Of a stretch of 64,000 bases of DNA, positions 37,364 to 46,981 are shown piece after piece. The DNA is taken from the NCBI GenBank assembly GCA_963823385.1, contig CAWGLI010000002.1, forward strand, positions 310,708-374,707. The letters run 5' to 3'. The position numbers were made by a program, and so were the translations under genes. The notes below the pieces were generated by a model that ran no database searches, was not told where the DNA came from, and saw only the letters and a program-made list of their open reading frames with translations. Source of the DNA: an uncultured Actinomycetes bacterium (lineage in GTDB: Bacteria > Actinomycetota > Thermoleophilia > Gaiellales > Gaiellaceae). How positions within the stretch are numbered: the first letter of the stretch is position 1; the number at the start of each line of letters is the position of its first letter.

Positions 37364-38023
37364 ATGAACGTGCTCGTCGGTGACACCGAGGCCGAGACGC
37401 TGAGCGCAGAGGGGGTCGTGGAGCTGATGCTCGAACGTCTCCATCCCCGCCTCGCACTCGCCTGCTCCTTCCAGAAGGAGGAGTCCGTGCTGCTCGACAT
37501 GCTGCTCACGCGGGAGCCACGAGCTCGTGTCTTCGCGCTCGACACGCACGTGTTGTTCCCCGAGACGTACACCGTCTGGCGCGAGCTCGAGCGCCGCTAC
37601 GGAATCGAGATCGACGTCTTCGAAGGCCCTTCGCTCGGTCGGCAGGCTGCGGCCCACGGCGACGCACTGTGGGAGCGGAATCCCGAGCTCTGCTGCTCGA
37701 TCCGCAAGGTCGCGCCCCTCGCACGCGCGCTCGCCGGGCTCGACGGCTGGATCTCGGGCGTCCGGCGCGACCAGTCGCCCACGCGCACGGGTACACCGAA
37801 GCTCGACTGGGATGAGCGCCACGAGCTCTGGAAGGCGAGCCCGCTGGCCGACTGGACAGACGAGGACGTGTGGTCGTACGTCCGCGAGCGCGACTTGCCG
37901 GTCAACCCACTCCACGAGCACGGGTACGCTTCGATCGGATGCACACACTGCACCCGGCCGGGCACCGGTCGTGACGGTCGCTGGGCGGGAACGGACAAGA
38001 CCGAGTGCGGGCTGCACACATGA
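37364..38023 (+). CDS. cysH: APS reductase (4Fe-4S type)
   Basis: LCCSIRK, SIGCTHC and ECGLH; the cluster-binding cysteines indicate the APS-reductase type. Confidence 0.9.
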   Translation: MNVLVGDTEAETLSAEGVVELMLERLHPRLALACSFQKEESVLLDMLLTREPRARVFALDTHVLFPETYTVWRELERRYGIEIDVFEGPSLGRQAAAHGDALWERNPELCCSIRKVAPLARALAGLDGWISGVRRDQSPTRTGTPKLDWDERHELWKASPLADWTDEDVWSYVRERDLPVNPLHEHGYASIGCTHCTRPGTGRDGRWAGTDKTECGLHT

Positions 38024-38940
38024 CCGAGACACAGGCACCCCTTCACCTCTCCCATCTCGACGAGCTCGAGGCCGAGGCTGTGCACATCATGCGGGAGGTC
38101 GCCGCGGAGCTCGAGCGCCCCGTCCTGCTCTTCTCGGGAGGCAAGGACTCGATCGTGTTGCTGCGGCTCGCCGAGAAGGCGTTTCGCCCCGGCCGATTCC
38201 CGTTCCCGCTGATGCACGTGGACACGGGGCACAACTTCCCCGAGGCGATCGACTTCCGCGACCGGCGCGTCGCCGAGCTCGGCGAGCGCCTCGTGGTCGC
38301 ATCGGTGCAGGAGTCGATCGACAAGGGACGCGTCGTCGAGCAGACCGGGCCGCGTGCCTCCCGCAACCAGCTCCAGACGACCACCCTGCTCGACGCGATG
38401 ACCGAGCACGGCTTCGACGCTGCGATCGGCGGTGCTCGCCGCGACGAGGAGCGCTCGCGGGCGAAGGAGCGGATCTTCTCGTTCCGCGACGACTTCGGTC
38501 AGTGGGATCCTCGCGCGCAGCGACCGGAGCTCTGGAACCTCTACAACGGTCGCATCCGCAAGGGCGAGCAGGTACGCGTGTTCCCCATCTCCAACTGGAC
38601 CGAGCTCGACGTCTGGCAGTACGTCGCCCGCGAGGAGCTCGAGCTGCCTCTCATCTACTTCGCCCACGAGCGCGAGGTGTTCGAGCGCGACGGCATGCTC
38701 TACGCGGCCTCCGAGTTCATCGAGCGCTACCCGCACGAGGTGCCGTTCACCGAGACGGTGCGGTTCCGGACCGTCGGCGACATGAGCTGCACCGGCGGCG
38801 TCCGCTCCCACGCGGACACGATCGAGACAGTGGTTGCAGAGATCGCCGCCACCCGCGTCACCGAGCGCGGCGAGACGCGCGCCGACGATCGCGTCACCGA
38901 GGCGGCGATGGAGGACCGTAAGCGTGTCGGATACTTCTAG
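38020..38940 (+). CDS. cysD: Sulfate adenylyltransferase subunit 2
   Basis: FSGGKDS, HVDTGHNF and RRDEERSRAKER motifs. Confidence 0.95.
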   Translation: MTETQAPLHLSHLDELEAEAVHIMREVAAELERPVLLFSGGKDSIVLLRLAEKAFRPGRFPFPLMHVDTGHNFPEAIDFRDRRVAELGERLVVASVQESIDKGRVVEQTGPRASRNQLQTTTLLDAMTEHGFDAAIGGARRDEERSRAKERIFSFRDDFGQWDPRAQRPELWNLYNGRIRKGEQVRVFPISNWTELDVWQYVAREELELPLIYFAHEREVFERDGMLYAASEFIERYPHEVPFTETVRFRTVGDMSCTGGVRSHADTIETVVAEIAATRVTERGETRADDRVTEAAMEDRKRVGYF

Positions 38941-39052
38941 CTCGCCCGCCAAGCGGGAATCCGCAGGGGCGGATCCCCGCAGCTCGGATCCCGCGGCCCA
39001 AGACCACGATCTGGAAACCACCGCACATCCACAAGCGTTCGAGAGCCACGAC

Positions 39053-40351
39053 ATGAGCTCGACCGACCTCGCCGAGCTCCTCACCGGCGACGCCGCCGAC
39101 GCGGAACTGCTCCGCCTCGTCGCCTGCGGCTCGGTCGACGACGGCAAGTCGACACTGATCGGGCGACTGCTCTACGACACGAAGCAGGTGTTCGTCGACC
39201 AGTGGGAGCACATCGAGGAGACGAGCGAGCGCCGTGGCGACGGCTACGTCAACCTCGCGCTGCTCACCGACGGGTTGCGTGCCGAGCGGGAGCAGGGCAT
39301 CACGATCGACGTCGCCTACCGCTCGTTCCTTACGCCGCGGCGTCGTTTTCAGCTCGCCGATGCCCCGGGCCACGTCCAGTACACGCGCAACATGGTGACC
39401 GGGGCCTCGACGGCGGATGTCGCGGTCGTGTTGTTGGACGCCCGCAAGGGCGTGATCGAGCAGACGCGCCGGCACACGTACATCGCCTCCACGCTCGGCA
39501 CCCCGCACATCGTCTTCGCCGTCAACAAGATGGACCTCGTCGCGTACTCGGAGGAGCGCTTCCGCGAGATCGAACGGGAGCTCCGCGTGCTCGCCGACCG
39601 CCTCGGCGCCCAGGACGTCGTCGCCATTCCCATCGCTGCGCTCCATGGCGACAACGTCGTCTCCGGCTCCGAGCGCATGACGTGGTGGACGGGACCGACG
39701 CTGCTTGCGTACCTCGAGACGCTCGAGATCGCCGCCGACCGCAATCTCGACAGCCGCCGTTTCCCTGTGCAGTGGGTGATCCGTCCCATGTCCGAGGAGC
39801 ACCACGACTACCGCGGCTACGCGGGTCAGGTGGCCGGTGGTGTCTGGCGACGCGGAGACGAGGTGGTCGCGCTCCCGTCCGGACGCACGACCCGGGTGGC
39901 TGCGATCGAGAGCGCCGACGGAGAGCTCGACATCGCCGTTCCGGGGATGTCCGTCGTGATCCGCCTCGAGGACGACCTCGACCTGCCACGCGGCGACCTG
40001 CTCGCCGATCCCGCCGATCAACCGCTGTGTGCCCGCTCGTTGGAGGCGACCGTCTGCTGGATGAGCGAGCGTCCGCTCGAGCCCGGGACCCGCCTCGGCG
40101 TCAAGCAGACGACGAGAACCGTGCGCGCAGTGGTGGAGGCGATCGACCACGTGGTCGACATGGACAAGCTCGAGGAGCACCCCGCGACGGAGATGCGGCT
40201 GAACGACATCGGAACGGTGCGCCTACGACTCTCGGGGCCGCTCATGGTCGACCGCTACGCCGACAACCGTGCCACCGGCGCCTTCATCCTCATCGGAGAG
40301 GCGACGAACGACACCGTCGCCGCCGGCATGATCCGCTCCGCCGCCGAGTAG
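39053..40351 (+). CDS. cysN: Sulfate adenylyltransferase subunit 1 (no APS kinase domain)
   Basis: GSVDDGKSTLIGRLL, QGITID, DAPGH and NKMD motifs. Confidence 0.93.
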   Translation: MSSTDLAELLTGDAADAELLRLVACGSVDDGKSTLIGRLLYDTKQVFVDQWEHIEETSERRGDGYVNLALLTDGLRAEREQGITIDVAYRSFLTPRRRFQLADAPGHVQYTRNMVTGASTADVAVVLLDARKGVIEQTRRHTYIASTLGTPHIVFAVNKMDLVAYSEERFREIERELRVLADRLGAQDVVAIPIAALHGDNVVSGSERMTWWTGPTLLAYLETLEIAADRNLDSRRFPVQWVIRPMSEEHHDYRGYAGQVAGGVWRRGDEVVALPSGRTTRVAAIESADGELDIAVPGMSVVIRLEDDLDLPRGDLLADPADQPLCARSLEATVCWMSERPLEPGTRLGVKQTTRTVRAVVEAIDHVVDMDKLEEHPATEMRLNDIGTVRLRLSGPLMVDRYADNRATGAFILIGEATNDTVAAGMIRSAAE

Positions 40352-40428
40352 CCGCATCTCACCCGTCGGCAGGATCTCGCTCGCCCTCTCCGCGTCCGCG
40401 AGGGGGCCAGGCCCGACCTCGACACACG

Positions 40429-40441
40429 CGAACATATGTTC
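40429..40441 (+). promoter_or_regulatory. LexA (SOS) box
   Basis: CGAAC-ATAT-GTTC, matching the Gram-positive/actinobacterial GAAC-N4-GTTC box and overlapping the radical SAM start codon. Confidence 0.75.
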
Positions 40442-41344
40442 TATCCTCCCGGCGTGCGCGTCGAGTACCGCGAGGAGCCCTGCCGTAGCGCTCTCAACCG
40501 CGTCCGCGGCATGCCGTTTCGCTGGTCGCTGAACCCGTATACGGGCTGCGCCCACCGCTGCACGTTCTGCTACGTGCGCGCCTTCGAGGCGCGCGCCGAG
40601 CGACCGTGGGACGACGCGTACGGCCGGTCGATCCGGGTGAAGACCAACGTCGCAGCGGTTCTTCACCGAGAGCTCGGCCGACGCTCCTGGGCTCGGGAGG
40701 AGGTCACGATCGGGGCCGCAACCGATCCCTACCAGCCCGCCGAGGGCCGCTATCGGCTCACGCGGGCGTGCATCGAAGAGCTCGCTGCCGCGGCGACGCC
40801 GTTCTCGGTGATCACCCGGGGGCCTCTCGTCGTACGCGATCTCGACGTGCTCGTGGAGGCGGCAGCGCGCACCGATGTCAGCGTCCACGTGTCCATCCCG
40901 ACACTCGACGAACGCGTTTGGCGAGCCACCGAGCCTGGCACGGCGTCCCCGCAACGCCGGCTCGACGTCGTGCGGCGACTTGCCGAAGCCGGGCTCCGTG
41001 TCGGGGTAGCGCTCGCGCCGATCCTGCCCGGGATCACCGATCAGCCGAAGGCGCTTGCGGAGACGGTTCGCGCGGCACGCGGCGCGGGCGCCGGCTCTAT
41101 CTGGGCCGAGCCACTTCATCTTGGGCGCGGCATCCGCGAGCACTTCCTCGCCGAGCTCGCGCGGGAGTGGCCGGACCAGCTCGTACGCTACGCGCGGCTG
41201 TACGACCGCGGGGACTATCTCCCACCACCCGTCAGAGCACAGCTACGGGAGATCGTGCGTCGCGAGGCAGCCTCGACAGGCGCGTCACGCCGCCCGACGA
41301 TCCGCCCGCGGCCGCGCTCGATACAGCTTTCGCTCGCTCTCTGA
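40436..41344 (+). CDS. Radical SAM protein (SPL-like, Rv2578c type)
   Basis: NPYTGCAHRCTFCY, TDPYQPAE and ILPGITD motifs. Confidence 0.88.
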   Translation: MFYPPGVRVEYREEPCRSALNRVRGMPFRWSLNPYTGCAHRCTFCYVRAFEARAERPWDDAYGRSIRVKTNVAAVLHRELGRRSWAREEVTIGAATDPYQPAEGRYRLTRACIEELAAAATPFSVITRGPLVVRDLDVLVEAAARTDVSVHVSIPTLDERVWRATEPGTASPQRRLDVVRRLAEAGLRVGVALAPILPGITDQPKALAETVRAARGAGAGSIWAEPLHLGRGIREHFLAELAREWPDQLVRYARLYDRGDYLPPPVRAQLREIVRREAASTGASRRPTIRPRPRSIQLSLAL

Positions 41345-41392
41345 AGCCCACGCGGTGGAACGTCATCGGCATCCGGCGGTACGATCGTCGCG

Positions 41393-42022
41393 GTGACCGA
41401 GCCCTCCGAGATCACAGTGCTGATCGCCGACGACCACGAGGTCGTGCGCGAAGGCCTACGGCTGTCGCTTCTGCGCTCACCCCGAATTCGCGTCGTCGGC
41501 GAGGCGCCCGATGGCGAGACGGCGATCGCCCTCACCGAGAGACGCCGGCCCAACGTCGTGATCATGGATCTCCGTATGCCGCAGATGGACGGGATCGAGG
41601 CGACGGAGGAGATCCTGCGCCGCGCCCCGGAGACGCGCGTGCTCGTGTTCACCGCCTACTCCGAGCGGGCGCTGCTCGCGCGCGGGCTCGAATCTGGAGC
41701 CCGCGGCTACGTCCTCAAAGAAGCGCCGCACGACACGCTGCTCCGCGCGATCGAGAAGGTCGCCGCCGGCGAGACGTTCGTGGACCCGGCACTGATCCCG
41801 TCGCTCGCGACAGGACGTGATGGACGCGACATCCTCACCCAGCGGGAACGGGAGATTCTCCAACTGCTCGCCGACGGAAACTCGAACGCCGATGTCGCAA
41901 CGCGTCTCTTCATCAGCCAGGAAACCGTGAAGAGCCATGTGCGACACATCCTCTCGAAGCTCGAGGCCGATACCCGCACGCAGGCGGTGGCGATCGCGCT
42001 CCGCGAGGCGATGATCGATTGA
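41393..42022 (+). CDS. NarL/LuxR family response regulator
   Basis: ADDH, MDLRMP, LK and LTQRE...TVKSHV motifs. Confidence 0.92.
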   Translation: MTEPSEITVLIADDHEVVREGLRLSLLRSPRIRVVGEAPDGETAIALTERRRPNVVIMDLRMPQMDGIEATEEILRRAPETRVLVFTAYSERALLARGLESGARGYVLKEAPHDTLLRAIEKVAAGETFVDPALIPSLATGRDGRDILTQREREILQLLADGNSNADVATRLFISQETVKSHVRHILSKLEADTRTQAVAIALREAMID

Positions 42023-42669
42023 CGGATGCCGGCGTCCCCGACGAGCGCCTGCGTGATCGGATCGGCGCCGAGCAGGACGAGCGTCGCCGCCTCGCAGAGC
42101 TGATCCACGACGGGCCAGCACAACACCTCGCGGCGCTCGCACAAATGCTCGATGCAGCCATGATCTCGCTCGACCGCGGGGACCCCGCCGCGGCGCGCGA
42201 GGCACTCGAGCGCGCCGCCGCTGTGGCGCGCGAGGGCGCAGCCGATCTGAGGGATCTCGTCGCCGACATCGAGCCCTTGTCGCTCCATGAGCACGGGTTC
42301 TCGGCCGCTGCGCGGGATCTCGCCGAGCGCATGGCGGCGCGGCGGGCCATCGCTGTCGATGTCGACGCGCCGGCGAGCGACCTGCTCGGAGAGCGCGCGC
42401 GGTCGGGTCTCTACCAGATCGTGCGTGAGGCGCTGGATCAAGCGGTACGCCGTGGCCCGCCCGGCCATGCCTCGGTCTCGCTCAGACAGACCGCTCGCGG
42501 CGGTATCCAGCTCGTGATCACCGACGACGCTGCGCGTGAGCGGCGCCAGGCCGTTCTGGATGGCCTCGCCGAGCGCACGAACGACCTCAACGGCACGTTC
42601 ACCTACGACCGCACCGAGATCGCGACCACGATCACGATCGACCTGCCGCCCTCCGCCGCCTACCTGTAG
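42019..42669 (+). CDS. HisKA_3-type histidine kinase-like protein without sensor domain
   Basis: ELIHDGPAQ H-box and LYQIVREAL; ATP-binding boxes degenerate. Confidence 0.7.
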   Translation: MTDAGVPDERLRDRIGAEQDERRRLAELIHDGPAQHLAALAQMLDAAMISLDRGDPAAAREALERAAAVAREGAADLRDLVADIEPLSLHEHGFSAAARDLAERMAARRAIAVDVDAPASDLLGERARSGLYQIVREALDQAVRRGPPGHASVSLRQTARGGIQLVITDDAARERRQAVLDGLAERTNDLNGTFTYDRTEIATTITIDLPPSAAYL

Positions 42670-42823
42670 CCGACCCGAGCGGCGGAGGCTCGAACGAGAG
42701 CCGTCCGGATGGTCGATTGGTGATCGGGGTGACGGTCGAGGCGGTGTGAGCAAGCACGATGGTGTGATCGCTCATGGCGCGTACCAACGGGTACGTGTCA
42801 CGAACGAGCGTGCCGCGATGCGC

Positions 42824-43126
42824 CTAGTCGAGCGGCTCGTTCTGGACGTCGTGCTCGACGGCGTACGCATCGACCAGGGGGTTGATCTTGTCCGGATCGG
42901 GGAACGCGTAGTTGATCTCGACGAAGGCGTTCCACTTGTCCGGCAAAGCGTCCTCGGGGAAGATCGCTTCCACGGGGCACTCCGGCTCGCACGCCCCGCA
43001 GTCGATGCACTCCTCGGGGTCGATGATCAGTAGCCGCTCGTACTCGTGAATGCAGTCGACGGGGCAGACGTCGACGCAGGAGCGATCCTTGATGTCGATA
43101 CAGGGCTCGGCGATGATGTAGGTCAT
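42824..43126 (-). CDS. Ferredoxin (FdxA-type, two clusters)
   Basis: CIDIKDRSCVDVCPVDC and CIDCGACEPECP motifs. Confidence 0.93.
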   Translation of the reverse strand: MTYIIAEPCIDIKDRSCVDVCPVDCIHEYERLLIIDPEECIDCGACEPECPVEAIFPEDALPDKWNAFVEINYAFPDPDKINPLVDAYAVEHDVQNEPLD

Positions 43127-43167
43127 CGGGCGCGAGCCTAGCAGCGCGTTCCGACGCGAAGCGCCGC

Positions 43168-43485
43168 TTACCCGTCGTTCTCACCGAGGAGCTCCGCCAC
43201 GAGCGCGGCACCCCGTTCGACGAGTGCCGACTTGACGATCACGTGGTCGAATCCAGCAGCGTGTCCGGCCCGCAGACCAGCTGTGTCGGTGTGGTTCGTG
43301 TAGCCGACGATCGGCGCGTCCGGCCATGCGGCGGCCACGTCCGCAGGCACGACGCGCGCGATGTCGCAGAACACGAGATCGGGTGGGTCGACGCTGTCGG
43401 ACGTGACTAGGTGATGCCCCACGAGCAGGCCCTCCAGCTTGGCGCGAAAGAAGAGGTCGACCCCGATCAACAGGATCGTCGCCAC
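43168..43485 (-). CDS. Hypothetical receiver-like protein
   Basis: GVDLFFRAKL...DLVFCD...IVGYTNH...AGFD resembles a degenerate receiver fold; start may be 43494. Confidence 0.55.
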   Translation of the reverse strand: MATILLIGVDLFFRAKLEGLLVGHHLVTSDSVDPPDLVFCDIARVVPADVAAAWPDAPIVGYTNHTDTAGLRAGHAAGFDHVIVKSALVERGAALVAELLGENDG

Positions 43486-43530
43486 GTCCGCCACGCTACC
43501 ACGACCCCGCGCCGGCGCGATACTGCGGCC

Positions 43531-43872
43531 ATGACCTTGCAGCAGGGTCTCGAGCTGATCGCCGAGCGCGAGTACTACGCGGCGCACGACGCGCTCGAAG
43601 AAGAGTGGCGCGATGCGCCGGACCTGGAGCGCGACTTCCTCCAGGGCCTGATTCACGTCGCTGTCGCCTGGCACCACGCGGGCAACGAGAATGCAGCCGG
43701 TGCCGCACGGCAATTGGAGAAGGCAGCCCGTCGGCTCGATCGGTACCGGCCGGCCCACCGCGGCGTCGACGTCGACGTGGTGCTTGGTCAGGTCGACGCG
43801 GCGGCCGCGCGGATCGCCATCGGCCGGCTCGACCTGCTCCCTATACGGATCGCCGGAGCACCTCCGCCGTGA
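43531..43872 (+). CDS. DUF309 family protein
   Basis: YYAAHDALEEEW and FLQGLIHVAVAWHH motifs. Confidence 0.85.
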   Translation: MTLQQGLELIAEREYYAAHDALEEEWRDAPDLERDFLQGLIHVAVAWHHAGNENAAGAARQLEKAARRLDRYRPAHRGVDVDVVLGQVDAAAARIAIGRLDLLPIRIAGAPPP

Positions 43873-44888
43873 CCACGAACGTCGTCCTCGTCGACCCGTA
43901 TCCGCGGACGCTCGACCAGATCTTCACGGCGGCGACGCGCCTTCGCCTCGAGTCGCTGGCCGAGGTCGTCTGGCACGACGGCCCGCCGGCTCCGGACGAG
44001 CTCGTGGAGGCACATCTCGGGCGACTGACAGCCGTCGTCGGCCAGACGCCCCTCCCACTCGAGCGCCTCAACCGTGCGCCCGCGCTGCGTGCGGTGCTCA
44101 ACGTGGAGGGCAACTTCCTGCCCAACATCGACTACACGACCTGCTTCGCTCGCGGCATCCACGTGCTGTGCGTCTCGCCTGTGTTCGGCCCGCCCGTGGC
44201 GGAGCTCGCGCTCGGGCTTGCACTCGCCGCCGCGCGTGACATCCCCGCCGCCGACTCCGACGTGCGGGCAGGGCGAGAGGAACTGTTCGGTGGGCTCAAC
44301 GAGGCCGCTGTCCTTCTCTCGGGCTCGACTCTCGGCCTGGTCGGTTGCGGCAACCTTGGCCGCGCGCTGCTCCCGCTCCTTCGGCCGTTCGGCGGGACGC
44401 TGCTCGTTCACGATCCGTGGTTGCAGGACGCCGTCATCTGCGAGCTCGGGGCCGAGCCGGTCGATCTCGACGAGCTGTTCGCGCGTAGCCGCGTTGTCTT
44501 CGTGCTCGCGGCACCGACGACGGAGAACGAGGGACACATCGGACGAGAGCAGTTCGACGCCATGACGCCGGGGTCGGTCGTCGTCCTCGTCTCGCGCTCC
44601 CCTGTCGTGGATTGGGCTGCGCTCACCGAGGCGGCGGCAGCGGGCCAGATCCGCGCCGCGATCGACGTCTTCCCGGAGGAACCGATCCCGCGGGACGACG
44701 CGGTACGAGCTCTACCGAACAGCGTCCTCTCGGCTCACCGAGCGGGGAACGTCCCCGAGATCTGGCCGCGGATCGGAGAGATGGTCGCTGACGACTTGGA
44801 GTGGATCCTGCGCGGACTGCCCCCGCAACGCCTCCAGCCCGCCCGACCCGAGACGGTCGGCCTCCTTCGCTCGCGCCCCGTCGGCTAG
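43869..44888 (+). CDS. D-isomer-specific 2-hydroxyacid dehydrogenase family protein
   Basis: GLVGCGNLG, LVSR, AAIDVF and LSAHRAG motifs. Confidence 0.88.
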   Translation: MTTNVVLVDPYPRTLDQIFTAATRLRLESLAEVVWHDGPPAPDELVEAHLGRLTAVVGQTPLPLERLNRAPALRAVLNVEGNFLPNIDYTTCFARGIHVLCVSPVFGPPVAELALGLALAAARDIPAADSDVRAGREELFGGLNEAAVLLSGSTLGLVGCGNLGRALLPLLRPFGGTLLVHDPWLQDAVICELGAEPVDLDELFARSRVVFVLAAPTTENEGHIGREQFDAMTPGSVVVLVSRSPVVDWAALTEAAAAGQIRAAIDVFPEEPIPRDDAVRALPNSVLSAHRAGNVPEIWPRIGEMVADDLEWILRGLPPQRLQPARPETVGLLRSRPVG

Positions 44889-44906
44889 CCGGCTCCCGCA
44901 GCCGAA

Positions 44907-45093
44907 GGTGTCAGACACCGATCGTCTGTCAAGCGGAACGTGTGCCGATCGTGAGCCAACTCTTCCACAGGCGGCAGTGCCGACATTCGAGACTGTCTGC
45001 AGGGGATTTCACTCGCGACAGCCCCAGGGCCTGGGGAGCGATAGGCACGAAACCGGCACGGCTGCCCTTGACAGCTACCAGGTGTCTGACACC
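44907..45093. repeat. REP/REPIN-like long imperfect palindrome
   Basis: GGTGTCAGACACC (44907-44919) and its reverse complement GGTGTCTGACACC (45081-45093), with inner inverted TGTCAAG/CTTGACA, between convergent genes. Confidence 0.55.
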
Positions 45094-45234
45094 ACGGGAC
45101 CGACACCACGGCGTCGAGCAAGGGGTCCAGCCCCTGCCGATCCCGCCCCGCAAGCCGTTGCGGCCGCGAAAGCGGACTCCTTCAGGAATTCTCGCGGGCC
45201 GGGATCCGCCCCTGCGGGTCCCGCCCCATGGGAG

Positions 45235-45957
45235 CTAGAACAGCGGCTCGATGCCGAGCCACTCGAGCGTTCGGTTCAGGTAGACGCGAAGCACCCAGAA
45301 CCGTCCGAAGAAGAGCAGCAGTCCGAGCGCGACCATGATTACGCCGCCGGCGAACTGGATGGCTCGGTAGTGGTCACGGAGCCAGCGGAAGGCACCCATC
45401 GCGCGGGTGAACAACGCACCAGCGAGAACGAACGGGATCGCCAGGCCGAGCGAGTAGACGGCGAGCAGCAGCGCCCCCTGCGCCACCGTCTCCGACGAGC
45501 CGGCGAGGACGAGGATCGCTGCCAGGACAGGGCCGATGCACGGGGCCGCGCAGATCGCGAACGCACCACCGAGCAGCACACGCGACCCGCGGCCCCGGGC
45601 GTTCTGCACGAGCCCGGCACCGACGAGCCGCTCCGGCCAGGGCAGCAGCCCCATGAAGGCGAGTCCGAAGACCACGAGCACGAAGCCGGCGATCTGCTCG
45701 AGCAGGAACTGATCGCGAAACAGGGAGCCTCCGAGTGCAGCGGCACCGACTCCGAGCAGGACGAAGAACGACGTGAACCCGAGGACGAAAGGAAGTGACG
45801 AGACGACCACACGCCGGGCAGTGCCCGGCTGACCGAGTTGGCCCGCCTCGACCGCCGATACGGCCGAGAGATAGCCGGGCACGAGCGGCAGCACACAGGG
45901 AGCGAGGAACGAGAGGAATCCGGCGAGCAGTGCGACGGGCAACTCTTCAAGACTCAC
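45235..45957 (-). CDS. ccdA: Cytochrome c biogenesis/thiol-disulfide membrane protein
   Basis: SFLAPCVLPLVP, APCIGP and YSLGLAIPF motifs. Confidence 0.92.
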   Translation of the reverse strand: MSLEELPVALLAGFLSFLAPCVLPLVPGYLSAVSAVEAGQLGQPGTARRVVVSSLPFVLGFTSFFVLLGVGAAALGGSLFRDQFLLEQIAGFVLVVFGLAFMGLLPWPERLVGAGLVQNARGRGSRVLLGGAFAICAAPCIGPVLAAILVLAGSSETVAQGALLLAVYSLGLAIPFVLAGALFTRAMGAFRWLRDHYRAIQFAGGVIMVALGLLLFFGRFWVLRVYLNRTLEWLGIEPLF

Positions 45958-46418
45958 TGCTCGAGCCTCGCGAGCTCGTCGTCGATCCGCTGCTCGAGCG
46001 CCTGATCGAGCGGAGCAGCGGGCACCGCGTCATCGTCGCTCCGGCGGCGACTCCACGACCAGGCGAGCACACCGACGACGACGGCTCCGGCCGCTAGGAA
46101 GGCCAGCGGCAGCGCCCAGGCCAGCAGGTCGAACCCCTCCTTCGGCGGCTCCGCCAGCACTGCCGGGCCGAACTGCTCGACGAGCTCCTGCTTGATCTCG
46201 TCGGCGGTGGCGCCCGCAGCGATGCGCTCGCGGATGATCGCCTTCATGCGACGAGCGACCGGTGCGTCCGACTGGTCGAGTGTCGTCTTGCAGGTGGGGC
46301 AGACGATCTCGGCCTCGAGGTCGGAGGCGCGTGGCGTACCGGCAGCCGCGACGCCGACGCCGTGCAGGACGAGCAGCGAGAGCCCGACGAGCGCGAACGC
46401 GACGAGGCGGCGGCTCAC
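45954..46418 (-). CDS. CcmH-like cytochrome c biogenesis protein
   Basis: Signal/TM segment, IVCPTC, QFGPAVLAEPP and C-terminal TM segment. Confidence 0.85.
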   Translation of the reverse strand: MSRRLVAFALVGLSLLVLHGVGVAAAGTPRASDLEAEIVCPTCKTTLDQSDAPVARRMKAIIRERIAAGATADEIKQELVEQFGPAVLAEPPKEGFDLLAWALPLAFLAAGAVVVGVLAWSWSRRRSDDDAVPAAPLDQALEQRIDDELARLEQ

Positions 46419-46981
46419 GGCTCGGCTAGGGCCAACTCGACGCCGCGGTCGAAGGCGTCGCGGTTTCGCTCGACGTCCACACCCCCCTGGATCCGCTCGC
46501 CGACCAGGTTGCCCTCGCGGTCGACGAAGAAGGTCTCGGGAAAGCCGACGACTCCCCACGCCCCGAGTGTCGAGCCCTTGCCGTCGTACACGACCGGGTA
46601 CGTGAGGTCGAACCGATCGATGAAGGCGCGGGCGTCTTGCCTGAAGTCCTGAGAGTCGATGCCGAGGACGACGAGGCCACGGTCCTTCTCCTGTTCGTAC
46701 ACCTCTTGCAGGAACGGGGCCTCGTCCTTGCACGGGATACACCAGGACGCCCAGAAGTTCACCACGACCCCCTTGCCGCGCAGGTCCGAGAGCGCCAGTG
46801 TCCCTTCCTCGTCGAGGCGTTCCAGCGAGAGCTCGGGTGCGGCGACGGTCTCACCCTGGTCGAGCTGTGCGGCGACCCCACCGTCGTCACCGGCCACGAC
46901 CTTCCAGACCAGGAGACCGAGGAGGGCGACGACCCCGACGATAGCGAGGCCCTGAGCGACGAGCTTCCCGGTTCCCGCCAT
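46415..46981 (-). CDS. TlpA/ResA-like thiol-disulfide oxidoreductase
   Basis: N-terminal TM anchor, NFWASWCIPC and GFPETFF motifs. Confidence 0.9.
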   Translation of the reverse strand: MAGTGKLVAQGLAIVGVVALLGLLVWKVVAGDDGGVAAQLDQGETVAAPELSLERLDEEGTLALSDLRGKGVVVNFWASWCIPCKDEAPFLQEVYEQEKDRGLVVLGIDSQDFRQDARAFIDRFDLTYPVVYDGKGSTLGAWGVVGFPETFFVDREGNLVGERIQGGVDVERNRDAFDRGVELALAEP

